Shown: positions 45,901-56,718 of the stretch, piece after piece
Layout of the letters: every line of letters starts with the position of its first letter
Position numbering within the stretch: the stretch's first letter is position 1
Assembly (NCBI GenBank): GCA_002811645.1
Contig: PDIP01000092.1
Span: 1-56,718, forward strand
Length of the DNA: 56,718 nucleotides
Source: Corallochytrium limacisporum Hawaii
Lineage: Eukaryota > Protista > Pluriformea
Direction: 5' to 3'
Notes under the pieces: generated by a model
Database searches by the model: none
What the model was told of the DNA's origin: nothing
What the model saw: only the letters and a program-made list of their open reading frames with translations
Made by a program: the position numbers and the translations under genes

Positions 45901-47678
45901 TTCGATACCAAGGCGGCCAGCGGACCCATCTTCATCAATAGGAATGCTTGCTTGCATCTTTTCCTTTTCTCTTCCTGCGCTGTGGCAATTGTGAATCTTG
46001 AGCGTGCAGCATGACACATACGCACCTCCTTCCATTTCTTGCAAAGCCGATGAATCACTGAACAGAGTTCGGTGGGTCCTGTCTCATGGTGTAGGCCGAC
46101 GTACAGTGTTCGGCCATGAAGTTACATAATAACTTATCTGCAGGCGGGATGGCAACTCTGAACACACCATGTATTTGGCCATCGATGGACACAATCTATT
46201 AATTTTACGGTGACATGCCAGGCAACTACCCTTCCTCTGCTCTCTTGCCGTTTCAGTTTATTCCCCTATTTTTCGACGGACGATGTTTTTGTCTTGTACT
46301 CTGTCTCTCTATCTCTCTCTCTCTCTGTGTCTTGCCCAACAAGCCATGGGTCACCCATTCCTCGCATATCAGTAATCTTTGATGGACGCCAAGTCGTGAA
46401 ATGTGCAAACAAAAGATTAAGGACACGATATGCCCTTTCTCCTTGTCTCCGATCTCATTAGTGTCCCGATTTCTTCACTCACGTACATGATAGTGTCCTG
46501 CATCATTGTATTTACGTGCATGCCAATCTTCGGCCGTTAACCGATGTGCGCATCCGTCGTGGGGCCTTTGTTTCGTTTGGGCTGTGTGAGAGAAATCCTT
46601 GTGTTGGCGTGGCTCGTGGACTTGACTGGTGACAACGAAGCCCTTCGCAAGGGGGAGCGGCAGCAGTAGCGAAAAAGAGATCTCTCTCCGCCGGTTTCCG
46701 GAGCGCAGTAGAAAAAAGGCAAAGCAGAGCGACATCCCTGCAAAAGTTGGCCATAACGCGCGAGCATGACCCCAAACACTTCACTGGCAGCCTGCACACC
46801 ACGACTAGATCCTTCTCTGTCCCCATTCTCTCCCCCCCCCCCAACTTTGGTCTTGGCACGGGGGTGCAGTGCCCAGCCTTCTCGCTTACGTTTCTCCTTT
46901 TTCCTAATATTTTTTTTTTGTTTTTTTTTGCGGGTTTCTCTGAGAAGAGAGGGGGCGGGAGAGAACTTGCGTTTGAATGAAACCACGCCGCGCCTTCCCT
47001 GCGCCTCCACCCTTCGCTCAGTTTTGTTGGCTCACTCACTTGTCTCTCCCCGCAATTTTTTCTTTTTTCACCTTTTCCTGTTTGTATTATTTTCTATTTC
47101 ATTTTTTTCGGTCTCCGAACCCTGGGCTGTCGTCCGTCAATGCAAAAGGCCCGCCTTTTTCTTTGCTTTAGTTTCCTTTCTTTCTTTTTTTTTTGCTGGC
47201 GCAGTGTTTCCCTGTCTCTCTGTGCATGTCTTCACTTCTAAATCTGTCCTGTCCCGGATCCCGGCCTAAACCTTCAAAGGACCAAAGAGTCGGACAAGGA
47301 AAAGACTAAAACAAAAACGGCAGGCAGGCAGGCAGCCGTCTTCCGTCTACGAACCAAAAAGATAGAAAGAGAGAGAAGGTAAAAAATAAACCTGATACAT
47401 TTTCCCTACTTTTTTTTTGTGGTTGGGATGTCTCCTTTTTATCTTTTATATTTTTTTTTTCGGGAGAAAACTAAGGGGGCCTATTTTTCCTTCCATCTTT
47501 TCTCCGGTTTGATTTCTTTCCTTTCTTTCCTTTCTTTCTTTCTTTTTAAAACTCAGACGGGACCATTTGCTCCCTTCCCCCCACCCCACCAACCCCACCC
47601 CTCCCCTCCGGATCCTTCAACTCGCACCACTGTCACTGTCACTTCGAATCCTTATTTTGTACTATCGCCATCTCTCCC

Positions 47679-48260
47679 TCCCCCCTCTCCCCGGGGGCCG
47701 CCCCCCACCTCAGCCTCGNNNNNNNNNNNNNNNNNNNNNNNNNNNNNNNNNNNNNNNNNNNNNNNNNNNNNNNNNNNNNNNNNNNNNNNNNNNNNNNNNN
47801 NNNNNNNNNNNNNNNNNNNNNNNNNNNNNNNNNNNNNNNNNNNNNNNNNNNNNNNNNNNNNNNNNNNNNNNNNNNNNNNNNNNNCCGGGGGCCCGCCCCG
47901 CTCTCTCTCTCTCTCTCTCTCTCGCTCTCCCTCGCTCTCTCTCTCTCTCTTCCTTTTTCGGGGGCCTAGGTGCCACACTACCAACTTCTCAACTCGCCCC
48001 GTACAATAATAGATCCCAACCAAGCCACCCGCCAACTTTTTTTTCCCTCCCCAAGGCGGACCGGGCCAAAAAGAGTACCGTAGAAAACTAGAACTCCGAA
48101 ATATAAAAAAAAAGGAGGGCAAAAAACTGAGACTTGAGCTCGTTCAGGGACCCTGGCCGTAGTACGTACGGTACCAACCAGGCCCTCCCTAAAAAAAGAA
48201 AAAAAAATTAGCGGAAGGGGCGAGGCTGAGGTGGGGGGCGGCCCCCGGGGAGAGGGGGGA
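47679..48260. repeat. Perfect 40-bp GC-rich inverted repeat (47679-47718 / 48221-48260) spanning an N-gap
   Basis: TCCCCCCTCTCCCCGGGGGCCGCCCCCCACCTCAGCCTCG is the exact reverse complement of 48221-48260. Confidence 0.8.
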
Positions 48261-48365
48261 AGGTGAACAGGGGGCCCCACGGGAGCCCCGAAAGGGAAGG
48301 TTTTCGGTGAAAACACAGGGGCAGTATTCATTAGGTAAGATCTTGGATGGATGATGCGGGTGTGA

Positions 48366-48542
48366 GTGCTATGCTGTGCTGTGCTGTGCTATGGTAAGCT
48401 ATGCTCTATGCCATGCTCTATGCTATGCTATGGTATGCTGTGCTATGGTATGCTGTGCTATGGTATGCTATGGTATGCTATGGTATGCTATGGTATGCTA
48501 TGCTCTATGCTATGGTATGCTATGCTATGGTGTGCTATGCTG
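48366..48542 (+). repeat. Degenerate pentanucleotide satellite (GCTAT/GGTAT/GCTGT)n
   Basis: About 35 five-base units directly visible, 370 bp upstream of the RNR beta ATG. Confidence 0.93.
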
Positions 48543-48913
48543 TCTTCGCTGTCTAAAGTCTTGGGCGTGTAACTACTCCGCCTCTTAGATTTCTGGACGA
48601 AAAAACTAGGACCCTGCGCAGTCGCAATCGGCTGGCAGGATTAATGCGTGTCCCGCCACGGGTTCAAATCGTGTGCTGTAGGTGAATGTGTCCAGGCCGC
48701 GTATGTACTGGACTCGGCCCTTCACTGAGGGGTGAACAAAGGTGGATCCTCTGGACGGTTACACCGATAAGCTAATTCAAGGTTCACTGATGAAATACTC
48801 TGCCATGTCAATGGAAGTAAGCCGTGACTTAGTCAGAGCTGTTACGTCCCAAAAAGTGAGAACATTCGGAACATTCATAGAAATCACAAACGCAAAAACC
48901 CGTCTTGCACCAA

Positions 48914-49960
48914 ATGACTCTCCCAGATCATTTCGACAGCAAAAACAGCGGAAGCATGCCCTCGGCCAAGCTGCCCTCTGAGCAGGAGGAGGAAGAACTG
49001 CTGCGCGAGAACCCGAATCGATTTGTGTTGTTTCCTATCAAGTACCTCGACGTGTGGGATATGTACAAAAAGGCTCAGGCATCCTTCTGGACGGCAGAGG
49101 AAGTGGATCTGACCCCTGACCTCGCCGATTGGGAGAAGCTCAAAGACGATGAGAGGCATTTTATCAAGATGGTCTTGGCCTTTTTTGCCGCAAGCGACGG
49201 CATTGTGAACGAGAACCTGGTGGAGCGCTTTGCCCAAGAAGTGCAAATTCCAGAGGCGCGTTGTTTCTACGGCTTTCAGATTGCCATTGAAAACATTCAC
49301 AGTGAGATGTACTCCTTGTTAATCGATACGTACGTGCGAGACAGGAGTGAAAAGGAATTCCTATTCAATGCCATTGAGACAGTACCCTCAGTCAAGCGCA
49401 AGGCAGAATGGGCATTGAAATGGATTTCTAGCCCAACCGCCAGCTTTGCTGAGCGACTGGTGGCGTACACAGCGGTGGAAGGTATCTTCTTCTCAGGGTC
49501 CTTCGCCGCGATCTTCTACCTCAAGAAACGTGGTCTCATGCCCGGCCTGACCTTTTCCAATGAACTTATCAGCCGTGACGAGGGATTACATTGCGATTTT
49601 GGTTGCCTGATGTTTTCCCTGTTGCAAAACGTTCCGTCAAAGGAGCGAGTCACGGAAATTATCACCGAAGCAGTCAGCATCGAACACGAGTTTGTGACAG
49701 AATCACTGCCGGTTGCGCTGATCGGTATGAACTGCACATTGATGTGCCAGTACATTGAGTTTATCGCCGATCGCCTGCTCATCCAGCTGGGCAATGAAAA
49801 GGTATACAATGTTGAGAACCCCTTTGATTTCATGGACAACATTTCCCTCCAGGGTAAGACCAACTTCTTTGAGAAGCGAGTTGCCGAGTACCAAAAGCCT
49901 GGCATCGCTGGCCCTGGCTCTGGCGACAACTTTACCTTTTCCACCCGAGAATCATTCTAA
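48914..49960 (+). CDS. RRM2: Ribonucleoside-diphosphate reductase class Ia small (beta) subunit
   Basis: [38 protein letters not shown] (radical Tyr), [18 protein letters not shown] and [13 protein letters not shown]. Start at 48914 or 48956. Confidence 0.97.
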   Translation: MTLPDHFDSKNSGSMPSAKLPSEQEEEELLRENPNRFVLFPIKYLDVWDMYKKAQASFWTAEEVDLTPDLADWEKLKDDERHFIKMVLAFFAASDGIVNENLVERFAQEVQIPEARCFYGFQIAIENIHSEMYSLLIDTYVRDRSEKEFLFNAIETVPSVKRKAEWALKWISSPTASFAERLVAYTAVEGIFFSGSFAAIFYLKKRGLMPGLTFSNELISRDEGLHCDFGCLMFSLLQNVPSKERVTEIITEAVSIEHEFVTESLPVALIGMNCTLMCQYIEFIADRLLIQLGNEKVYNVENPFDFMDNISLQGKTNFFEKRVAEYQKPGIAGPGSGDNFTFSTRESF

Positions 49961-50076
49961 AGCGTGTTCAGTAAGGTGAAAGGTGCGATCTTCATCATCT
50001 ATCCCAGCATGCTCTTGCCTTTCAAAACATCGGCTTAATGTCAATCATCCATAGCAAAATCTCACTAGTGTGTCAG

Positions 50077-50302
50077 AATAAACATAGAATCACAGTCATT
50101 ATCAATCCATCCGTACTGGCAAGTGCAGCGTTGGAAGCCCCAAGGCCTGACTCTTTCAACAAGGGGGCCAGGCGTTTAGGGAAGGGCGCTAGGGTGGGAA
50201 GCGGGGGGGAAAGGGGGAAGAGTGGGTGGGAAAGGCTCATCATCGTTATGTTTAAGGCGATGGGAGTAAGGAAAAAGCTTGGCTTGAAGAATATGTTTTA
50301 TT
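50077..50302. terminator. Candidate polyadenylation signals for the convergent RNR genes (AATAAA at 50077 on +, at 50297-50302 on -)
   Basis: One AATAAA on each strand in the 369-bp intergenic region, each downstream of the relevant stop codon. Confidence 0.35.
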
Positions 50303-50329
50303 GTGATGTGGGTTGGTCGTCCGCCGCTC

Positions 50330-52786
50330 TCAACCGGAACACATGAGGCACTCGTCCTTGTTTTCCAGGTTACAGAGCATGGCAGCCTGTTCTTCCAGCT
50401 CCCGCTGGCGAGAGACACTCACTGGTGATGGCGATCCTCCTCGTGATGTTGAGGTTGAAGCTGTGTTTGATCGTGGGCTACGCCTTCCAGCAGTGGTGCC
50501 TACTTTGGACATGTCCACGGTGAATTGGATGGCATCAGCGGCGGGACGACTGCGCAAGTAGTACATTCCCGTCTTCAAACCTTTTTGCCAAGCGTGGAAA
50601 TGCATGGAGGTGAGTTTCCCAAAGTTGGGTGTCGTCATGTAAAGATTAAGGCTTTGACTCTGGTCAACAAATGCACCACGATCCGCAGCCATATCGACTA
50701 GGACACGCTGCTTGATCTCCCAGACAGTTTTGTACAATGCCTTCAGGTCGTCTGGAATACGTGGTATGTTTTGGACAGATCCATTGTGAGCCATGATTTC
50801 ATTGCGCATGTCCTCATCCCACAACCCAAGATCGATGAGATCCTTCACGAGATACTGATTGACCACTTGGAAATCACCAGCTCCAACGCGACGGGTGTAC
50901 ATATTGGATGTGATGGGTTCAAAGGACTCAGTGTTTCCCATGATCTGTGCTGTGGAAGCCGTGGGCATGAGTGCCACAAGCAGGGAATTACGCAGACCTT
51001 TCTCTGCAATCTGCAGCTTGAGGTCGTTCCAGTCCCACAGGTTGGTGGGGGTGACACCCCACAGGTCATATTGCAGCTGTCCACGGGATGCTGGAGATCC
51101 TTCGTAGGTCTCGTAGGTGCCAAATTCGGTGGCCAACTCCACGGAAGCCTCCAAAGCACCATAGTAGATGGTCTCAAAGATTTGTATGTTAAGCAGTCTG
51201 GCTTCGTCACTGTCCCAGGGCAGGCGCATGAGTATGAAAGTGTCAGCTAATCCCTGGGCACCTAATCCCACCGGACGATGGCGCATGTTGGATTTCTGTG
51301 CTTCCGGGAGAGGGTACCACGAGCGATCTACCACTTTGTCCAGGTTCTTGGTCACCATCTTGGCAATTTGTCGCAGTTGGTGGAAGTTGTAAACAGGACG
51401 ACCGTCCTCATCCTCTTCCACAAAGCGGTTAAGAGCCAGGGATGCTAGGTTGCACACGGCCACCTCGTCCTTACTAGTGTACTCGAGAATCTCACCGCAG
51501 AGGTTTGAGGATTTGATTGTGCCTAGGTTTTTCTGGTTGCTCTTGCGATTGCAGGCATCCTTGTATGTTACATACGGCATACCGGTCTCTGCCTGAGACT
51601 CCAGAATGCTAAACCAAAGCTTCCGAGCTTCCACAGTCCGTACACCACGATTCTCACGTTCATACTTCGTGTACAGCTGCTCAAATTCTTCACCATAGCA
51701 GTCATCAAGACCCGTGCAAACGTTCGGATCCATGAGCGTCCATGTACCACCAACATCGACGCGCTTCATAAAGAGGTCTGGTACCCACAGCGCAAGGAAC
51801 AGGTCACGGGCACGAATCTCGTCCTTGCCAACATTCTTCCGTAGGTCCAGAAATTCAAAGACATCGGGGTGCCAGGGCTCCAGATAAACAGCCATCGGTG
51901 ATTTCCGGATACTATTGGACATGTGTCGGGTCATGTTGTTGAACACACGCAAGAGGGGAACGATACCCCCAGCGTTACAACCCAGACCAGCTATAAGACT
52001 GCCCTTGGGACGCACGTTGTGGACATTGATGCCAATACCACCCCTGTGTTTTGCAAGGATCGCACACTGCTTGAGAGTGTCATAAATTCCCTCGACAGAG
52101 TCTTCTTGCATGCCGAGCAAGAAACAAGAAGCCAATTGCGGGCTAACTTTTCCAGCGTTGAGTAGTGTCGGCGATGCGTGTGTGAAGTATTTTTGGGACA
52201 TAATTTCATAGGTCTCAATACCAGCATCAATGTTGTCACCGTGTATGGCCAAAGCAGCCCGCATCATCATGTATTGAGGGCGTTCCACAACTTTTTTGTG
52301 TTGGCGAGCAAGGTAGCTGTTTTCCAAGGTCTTGAAGCCAAAGTAAGTGTACTCGTAGTCACGTTCTTGGGCAATGGCTTCATTCAGCCTTGCAGAGTTT
52401 TCCATGACAGTTTTATAGAATTCATCAGAAACAATGGGGCTAAGTTCGCCAGTCTCCTGATCCACATTCTTGTATAGGTCAGAAACAACATCCGAAAAGC
52501 GGTCTTTTGTCTCCTTGTGCAGGCTGCTGACAGCAATCCGTGAAGCCAGGAGAGCATAGTCAGGGTGCTTCGTGGTCATGGCTGCTGCAGTCTCTGCCGC
52601 AAGTTCGTCCAATTCCCGTACACAAACACCATCATAAATTGCGGAGATCACCTTTTTGGACAATTCGTCAGGATCTATGAACTCTTCGTTCAGGCCGTAG
52701 CACTGAGAGGCAATCCGTGCCGAAATCTTTTCAAACTGGACATGCTCGCGTCGTCCATCACGTTTAATTACTTGCATTTGGACCAT
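50330..52786 (-). CDS. RRM1: Ribonucleoside-diphosphate reductase class Ia large (alpha) subunit with divergent specificity loops
   Basis: ATP-cone [58 protein letters not shown] and C-terminal CLMC. Confidence 0.98.
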   Translation of the reverse strand: MVQMQVIKRDGRREHVQFEKISARIASQCYGLNEEFIDPDELSKKVISAIYDGVCVRELDELAAETAAAMTTKHPDYALLASRIAVSSLHKETKDRFSDVVSDLYKNVDQETGELSPIVSDEFYKTVMENSARLNEAIAQERDYEYTYFGFKTLENSYLARQHKKVVERPQYMMMRAALAIHGDNIDAGIETYEIMSQKYFTHASPTLLNAGKVSPQLASCFLLGMQEDSVEGIYDTLKQCAILAKHRGGIGINVHNVRPKGSLIAGLGCNAGGIVPLLRVFNNMTRHMSNSIRKSPMAVYLEPWHPDVFEFLDLRKNVGKDEIRARDLFLALWVPDLFMKRVDVGGTWTLMDPNVCTGLDDCYGEEFEQLYTKYERENRGVRTVEARKLWFSILESQAETGMPYVTYKDACNRKSNQKNLGTIKSSNLCGEILEYTSKDEVAVCNLASLALNRFVEEDEDGRPVYNFHQLRQIAKMVTKNLDKVVDRSWYPLPEAQKSNMRHRPVGLGAQGLADTFILMRLPWDSDEARLLNIQIFETIYYGALEASVELATEFGTYETYEGSPASRGQLQYDLWGVTPTNLWDWNDLKLQIAEKGLRNSLLVALMPTASTAQIMGNTESFEPITSNMYTRRVGAGDFQVVNQYLVKDLIDLGLWDEDMRNEIMAHNGSVQNIPRIPDDLKALYKTVWEIKQRVLVDMAADRGAFVDQSQSLNLYMTTPNFGKLTSMHFHAWQKGLKTGMYYLRSRPAADAIQFTVDMSKVGTTAGRRSPRSNTASTSTSRGGSPSPVSVSRQRELEEQAAMLCNLENKDECLMCSG

Positions 52787-54367
52787 GATGTCTGCTATTC
52801 AACTCCGACGTAAAAAACGGTAGTCTGGAGCATTTATGATCCTCAGCCGACCACCTCTAGTACCAGTTCTTCACACTCAGTTCGTGTTCCCAGTCCTTAG
52901 TACCTGATTCTGTTGTCCGCGTCACTAAATGCATTCCAACATGTTCTATGCCTCGATACCAAGTTCACACAAGAATCCATTACTAACTAAGCAGATTATG
53001 TCAGTCACTACTCTGTGCGGATTTGAGTCGCAGCCCGTTCGAACGCATGTCCTTCAATACTCCAGCCCGAAAGAGCAGATCCCGGATTTCAAGTTTCACC
53101 TTTTTCATTTTGCTCTCTCCCCCTCCCCTCCTTCTCCGCTTCCGGGAGTGTCCCGGTGGGGAGGGGCCCGGGGCCAGCGACGCCGTGCGGGTGGGGGAGT
53201 GTAACCACTGCCTTCCCCCCCCCCTTCCCCCCCCTGGGGCGGTGGTGGGCCTTCCCCCCCCCAAATCTCTCTCCCTCTCTTGTCTCTCTACTCTCTCTCA
53301 CTCGCGGTGTACTCGCTTCCCCTCTTCAGCCCTTCCCCCCCTTTCCCCAAGGGGGGCGGCTCTCCCGGGATTCTCTGCGGGGACGAAAAAGACAAAGCTT
53401 TACCTTTTTTTTTTTTGCTCTTTGGTCCCTTTTTTCTTTTACTTTCGTTCCTACCGACTGATATGGGGGGTTTTACTGTCTGTGCCCGTTTACTTCTCTC
53501 AGAAGGTGGTAGAGGGAGGGGCTGGGGTATTGGAGTTTTTTGCTTTTGCACGTCCTTTCGAGCGGACAGCGTAAAGAGTCGTTCGGGTGTACACAATGCT
53601 GTGCGTGGCGCAGGAGAAGGAATCGACATGGTGAGTGTAAGGCAGAGCGGTCACCGATGCCTCCGGGACGGACAGGGGAGTAGCTCACAGACCAAAAATG
53701 CTGGATGAGCGAGAAAGAGTGTCAGTACGCATTGCTTTGCTGCGCAGGGCACTCGGGTTATGGCGTTCTAAAGATAGGGCAGGGGAAGGCGGTTATCTCT
53801 GCGTGATCCACAATGTCTTCCTCCGGCCGTGCGATACACGTTCTATTGACATGTGCCATCAAAGGAACATCGTAAAGAGTTTCAAACTGGCACATGACCT
53901 CTCATGGCCGCGAGAACAAGGACATCAGACCAAACAAGTCCAGAACTTGTTCGATCTGGTAACTGCATGTCCTTTCATTGCTGTCACTTCCAAGCCACCA
54001 ACCTCGTCCCCAACGGTCACACCTTTTAGGAAAATGCAAATTGTCCTGTGTACCACCAGCCACGACTGCAAGGACAATGTCGGCTGACCGGTGGCTATCA
54101 AATACCAAATATTTAGGAAATTGCTGGGTCGGCGGTCCTTTGCAAAAGCCAGCGCTCCCCCCTCCTCCTCCGGCGGCTTGCCCACAGTCAGGAGCCCAAC
54201 CAAACCCAAAAAAAAAAAATTCAGAAAAACGTCCGGGCAGTGTAGGGCTGAAAGGAAGGGGGGCGAGAGTGGGCCCGGTCGGTGAGGTGTGGTCTCGGTA
54301 ATTCAGGCACCGGAAAAAAAAAGATTTTATAAAGAAAACGCGACTCCGTGGCACGTTCCGAGACGAG

Positions 54368-55256
54368 CAGAGAGAAGGAGAGAGAGACACAGAGAGAGAG
54401 AGAGAGAGAGAGAGNNNNNNNNNNNNNNNNNNNNNNNNNNNNNNNNNNNNNNNNNNNNNNNNNNNNNNNNNNNNNNNNNNNNNNNNNNNNNNNNNNNNNN
54501 NNNNNNNNNNNNNNNNNNNNNNNNNNNNNNNNNNNNNNNNNNNNNNNNNNNNNNNNNNNNNNNNNNNNNNNNNNNNNNNNNNNNNNNNNNNNNNNNNNNN
54601 NNNNNNNNNNNNNNNNNNNNNNNNNNNNNNNNNNNNNNNNNNNNNNNNNNNNNNNNNNNNNNNNNNNNNNNNNNNNNNNNNNNNNNNNNNNNNNNNNNNN
54701 NNNNNNNNNNNNNNNNNNNNNNNNNNNNNNNNNNNNNNNNNNNNNNNNNNNNNNNNNNNNNNNNNNNNNNNNNNNNNNNNNNNNNNNNNNNNNNNNNNNN
54801 NNNNNNNNNNNNNNNNNNNNNNNNNNNNNNNNNNNNNNNNNNNNNNNNNNNNNNNNNNNNNNNNNNNNNNNNNNNNNNNNNNNNNNNNNNNNNNNNNNNN
54901 NNNNNNNNNNNNNNNNNNNNNNNNNNNNNNNNNNNNNNNNNNNNNNNNNNNNNNNNNNNNNNNNNNNNNNNNNNNNNNNNNNNNNNNNNNNNNNNNNNNN
55001 NNNNNNNNNNNNNNNNNNNNNNNNNNNNNNNNNNNNNNNNNNNNNNNNNNNNNNNNNNNNNNNNNNNNNNNNNNNNNNNNNNNNNNNNNNNNNNNNNNNN
55101 NNNNNNNNNNNNNNNNNNNNNNNNNNNNNNNNNNNNNNNNNNNNNNNNNNNNNNNNNNNNNNNNNNNNNNNNNNNNNNNNNNNNNNNNNNNNNNNNNNNN
55201 NNNNNNNNNNNNNNNNNNNNNNNNNNNNNNNNNNNGAGAGAGAGAGAGAGAGAGAG
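54368..55256 (+). repeat. (GA)n microsatellite flanking an N-gap (54415-55235)
   Basis: Directly visible on both sides of the gap. Confidence 0.9.
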
Positions 55257-56718
55257 GGAGGGGCGAGGTATGGGTGAGAGAAATACAATAAGCGTGTCCG
55301 GGCACTGGGGGCGCATCAAGAAGCCATGGCTGATAGCAGTGGAGAGCCATCAGCTCGTGATGTTTCACACCACGATGGTACATGCCGATGGAAAGTGGGA
55401 CACTGATTTACCCCCCGAAAAAGCTCTGCGCCCCAATTGGACATGGTGACTCACCGCCCACCGTTGGCAAAATTCGGAAACGTTTGCTTCGGGGTCCCCT
55501 CCGCCCTTGTTTTAGCTTTTCCCCCTTTGGGGCTCCGAGAGCTACCGTACGCCGCGACCTGTCATGTCCTATGTCGACGAAAGTGATAGATCATTTATGA
55601 GAGCGTCGATAGAAAACTACCAAATACGGGTGATGATCATCCTTTGCAAAGGGTTCGATATCAGTATGATATGTCGAGCCGTTGCAGTTTCAGGTAAGAG
55701 GAGAGTGTTGGTGGTGCGGAAGTCCCTGAAAACAAGGTATCGCATCGACAAGTTATGCAACGGACTGAAGCAAATAGACCCACATCGGTTTTTGTGCGCC
55801 ATCGTACCTCTGGTAACACATTTCCGTAATCTCCATGAGCAACAAATCACGGTTCTGTATCCGAACTCAGGGATGGTGACGCAGATCTTCGGCTTTGGAT
55901 TCTTCGCTGTTCGTCCGTACAAACGCTTGGGTACGCAACGCAGTAGACAATCGAACCGAAGAAACAGAAAAGAGAGAAGAGAGAGAGAAAGAGGCAGGGA
56001 GGAAGAAACGTCTGAGATTTCAAAAAAAAAGAAAAAAAAAAGAGAGGAGGAGGAAACATTTGTCAAACGAAAATAAAAAATATTTATGAACGGATTAGAT
56101 TAAAAGAGAAAACCGGTATGATTTGTCACTATAGATCCACTACGTGGGTTCTCTTTATCTCCAACTCTCCCAATGCTCAATTTACCGGGAGCAGAGTACG
56201 ATTGGCAAAAAAAAAAAGTATCAAGTGAAGATCGAGGAAGAGTAGGGGACAGGATCTCTAGGTGCGCAATCATGGCGATTACAGTCGGCCACGTTGGTAC
56301 TGAAAGTACTGCGACAGTCAGTATTTCACCACTGAACCCACAAGACTTTAAAGAATAATGGCAGGACGACGAGCGGCGGAGACCGCGCGGTGTGCCCACT
56401 CGGCCACTGAGTTCCACTTTAATTGGTTTCTCCGTTTCCGTCCGCGGAGCGATTTCATTGGGCACCCCTTTCCTCTGTACTCTTCCTTCGTTGGTGGCCG
56501 CTCTGCGCAGCATCCAACGGTCCGGGTCTCGTTCTTTCTGCTGTTGTCCATGTGCGTGTGTCATCACCACGCTCTTCGGTCACCTGAGCACTCGCGGCCG
56601 GTACGGTGTCTCGCTCTGTGTTCCCAGTTCTCCATTGTCTCAGGGAGAACCTCGCAGAGGCCGGCAGCGGGGTAAGGGAGAGTACACAGAAAAAGAGAGA
56701 GAGAGAGAGAGAGAGAGA

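Noticed and set aside
48620-48685. GGTTCAAATC B-box/T-loop-like motif suggesting a tRNA
   Set aside because: T-stem does not pair fully and no acceptor or anticodon stems can be folded.
55564-56076. 170-aa ORF and a stop-interrupted antisense frame
   Set aside because: No recognisable domain, and it ends in low-complexity sequence; cannot be supported.

Overview
Gapped eukaryotic nuclear scaffold (N-gaps, microsatellites, no Shine-Dalgarno or operon structure) with 15 supportable protein-coding genes. All are apparently intronless and are separated by homopolymer- and microsatellite-rich spacers. The lack of introns, a phosphotyrosine-motif membrane adaptor and a fungal-type Agd3 deacetylase suggest an intron-poor unicellular holozoan such as Corallochytrium (inference, not tested). 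Gene order: a head-to-head pair of ISG12/IFI27-family genes, an MCT-like MFS transporter, an SLC35E/TPT nucleotide-sugar transporter, a Tyr-motif transmembrane adaptor, a membrane-anchored TPR-like/2OG-Fe(II) oxygenase, a small bacterial-type membrane protein, an Agd3/CE18 deacetylase, a PhyH dioxygenase, a CD225/IFITM-like protein, an AlkB-like dioxygenase, an RTX-repeat/Cys-rich chimera, a 7-blade FG-GAP membrane protein, and a tail-to-tail class Ia ribonucleotide reductase beta+alpha pair. The strongest signal is the RNR pair. The alpha subunit keeps every catalytic residue, but both specificity loops are rewritten (loop 2 [12 protein letters not shown] becomes [10 protein letters not shown]), and the linked beta subunit has an atypical C-terminal docking peptide. 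This suggests a specialised RNR with altered substrate or effector specificity, located near homologues of interferon-stimulated antiviral genes. All family assignments come from motif recognition by eye; no database searches were run.
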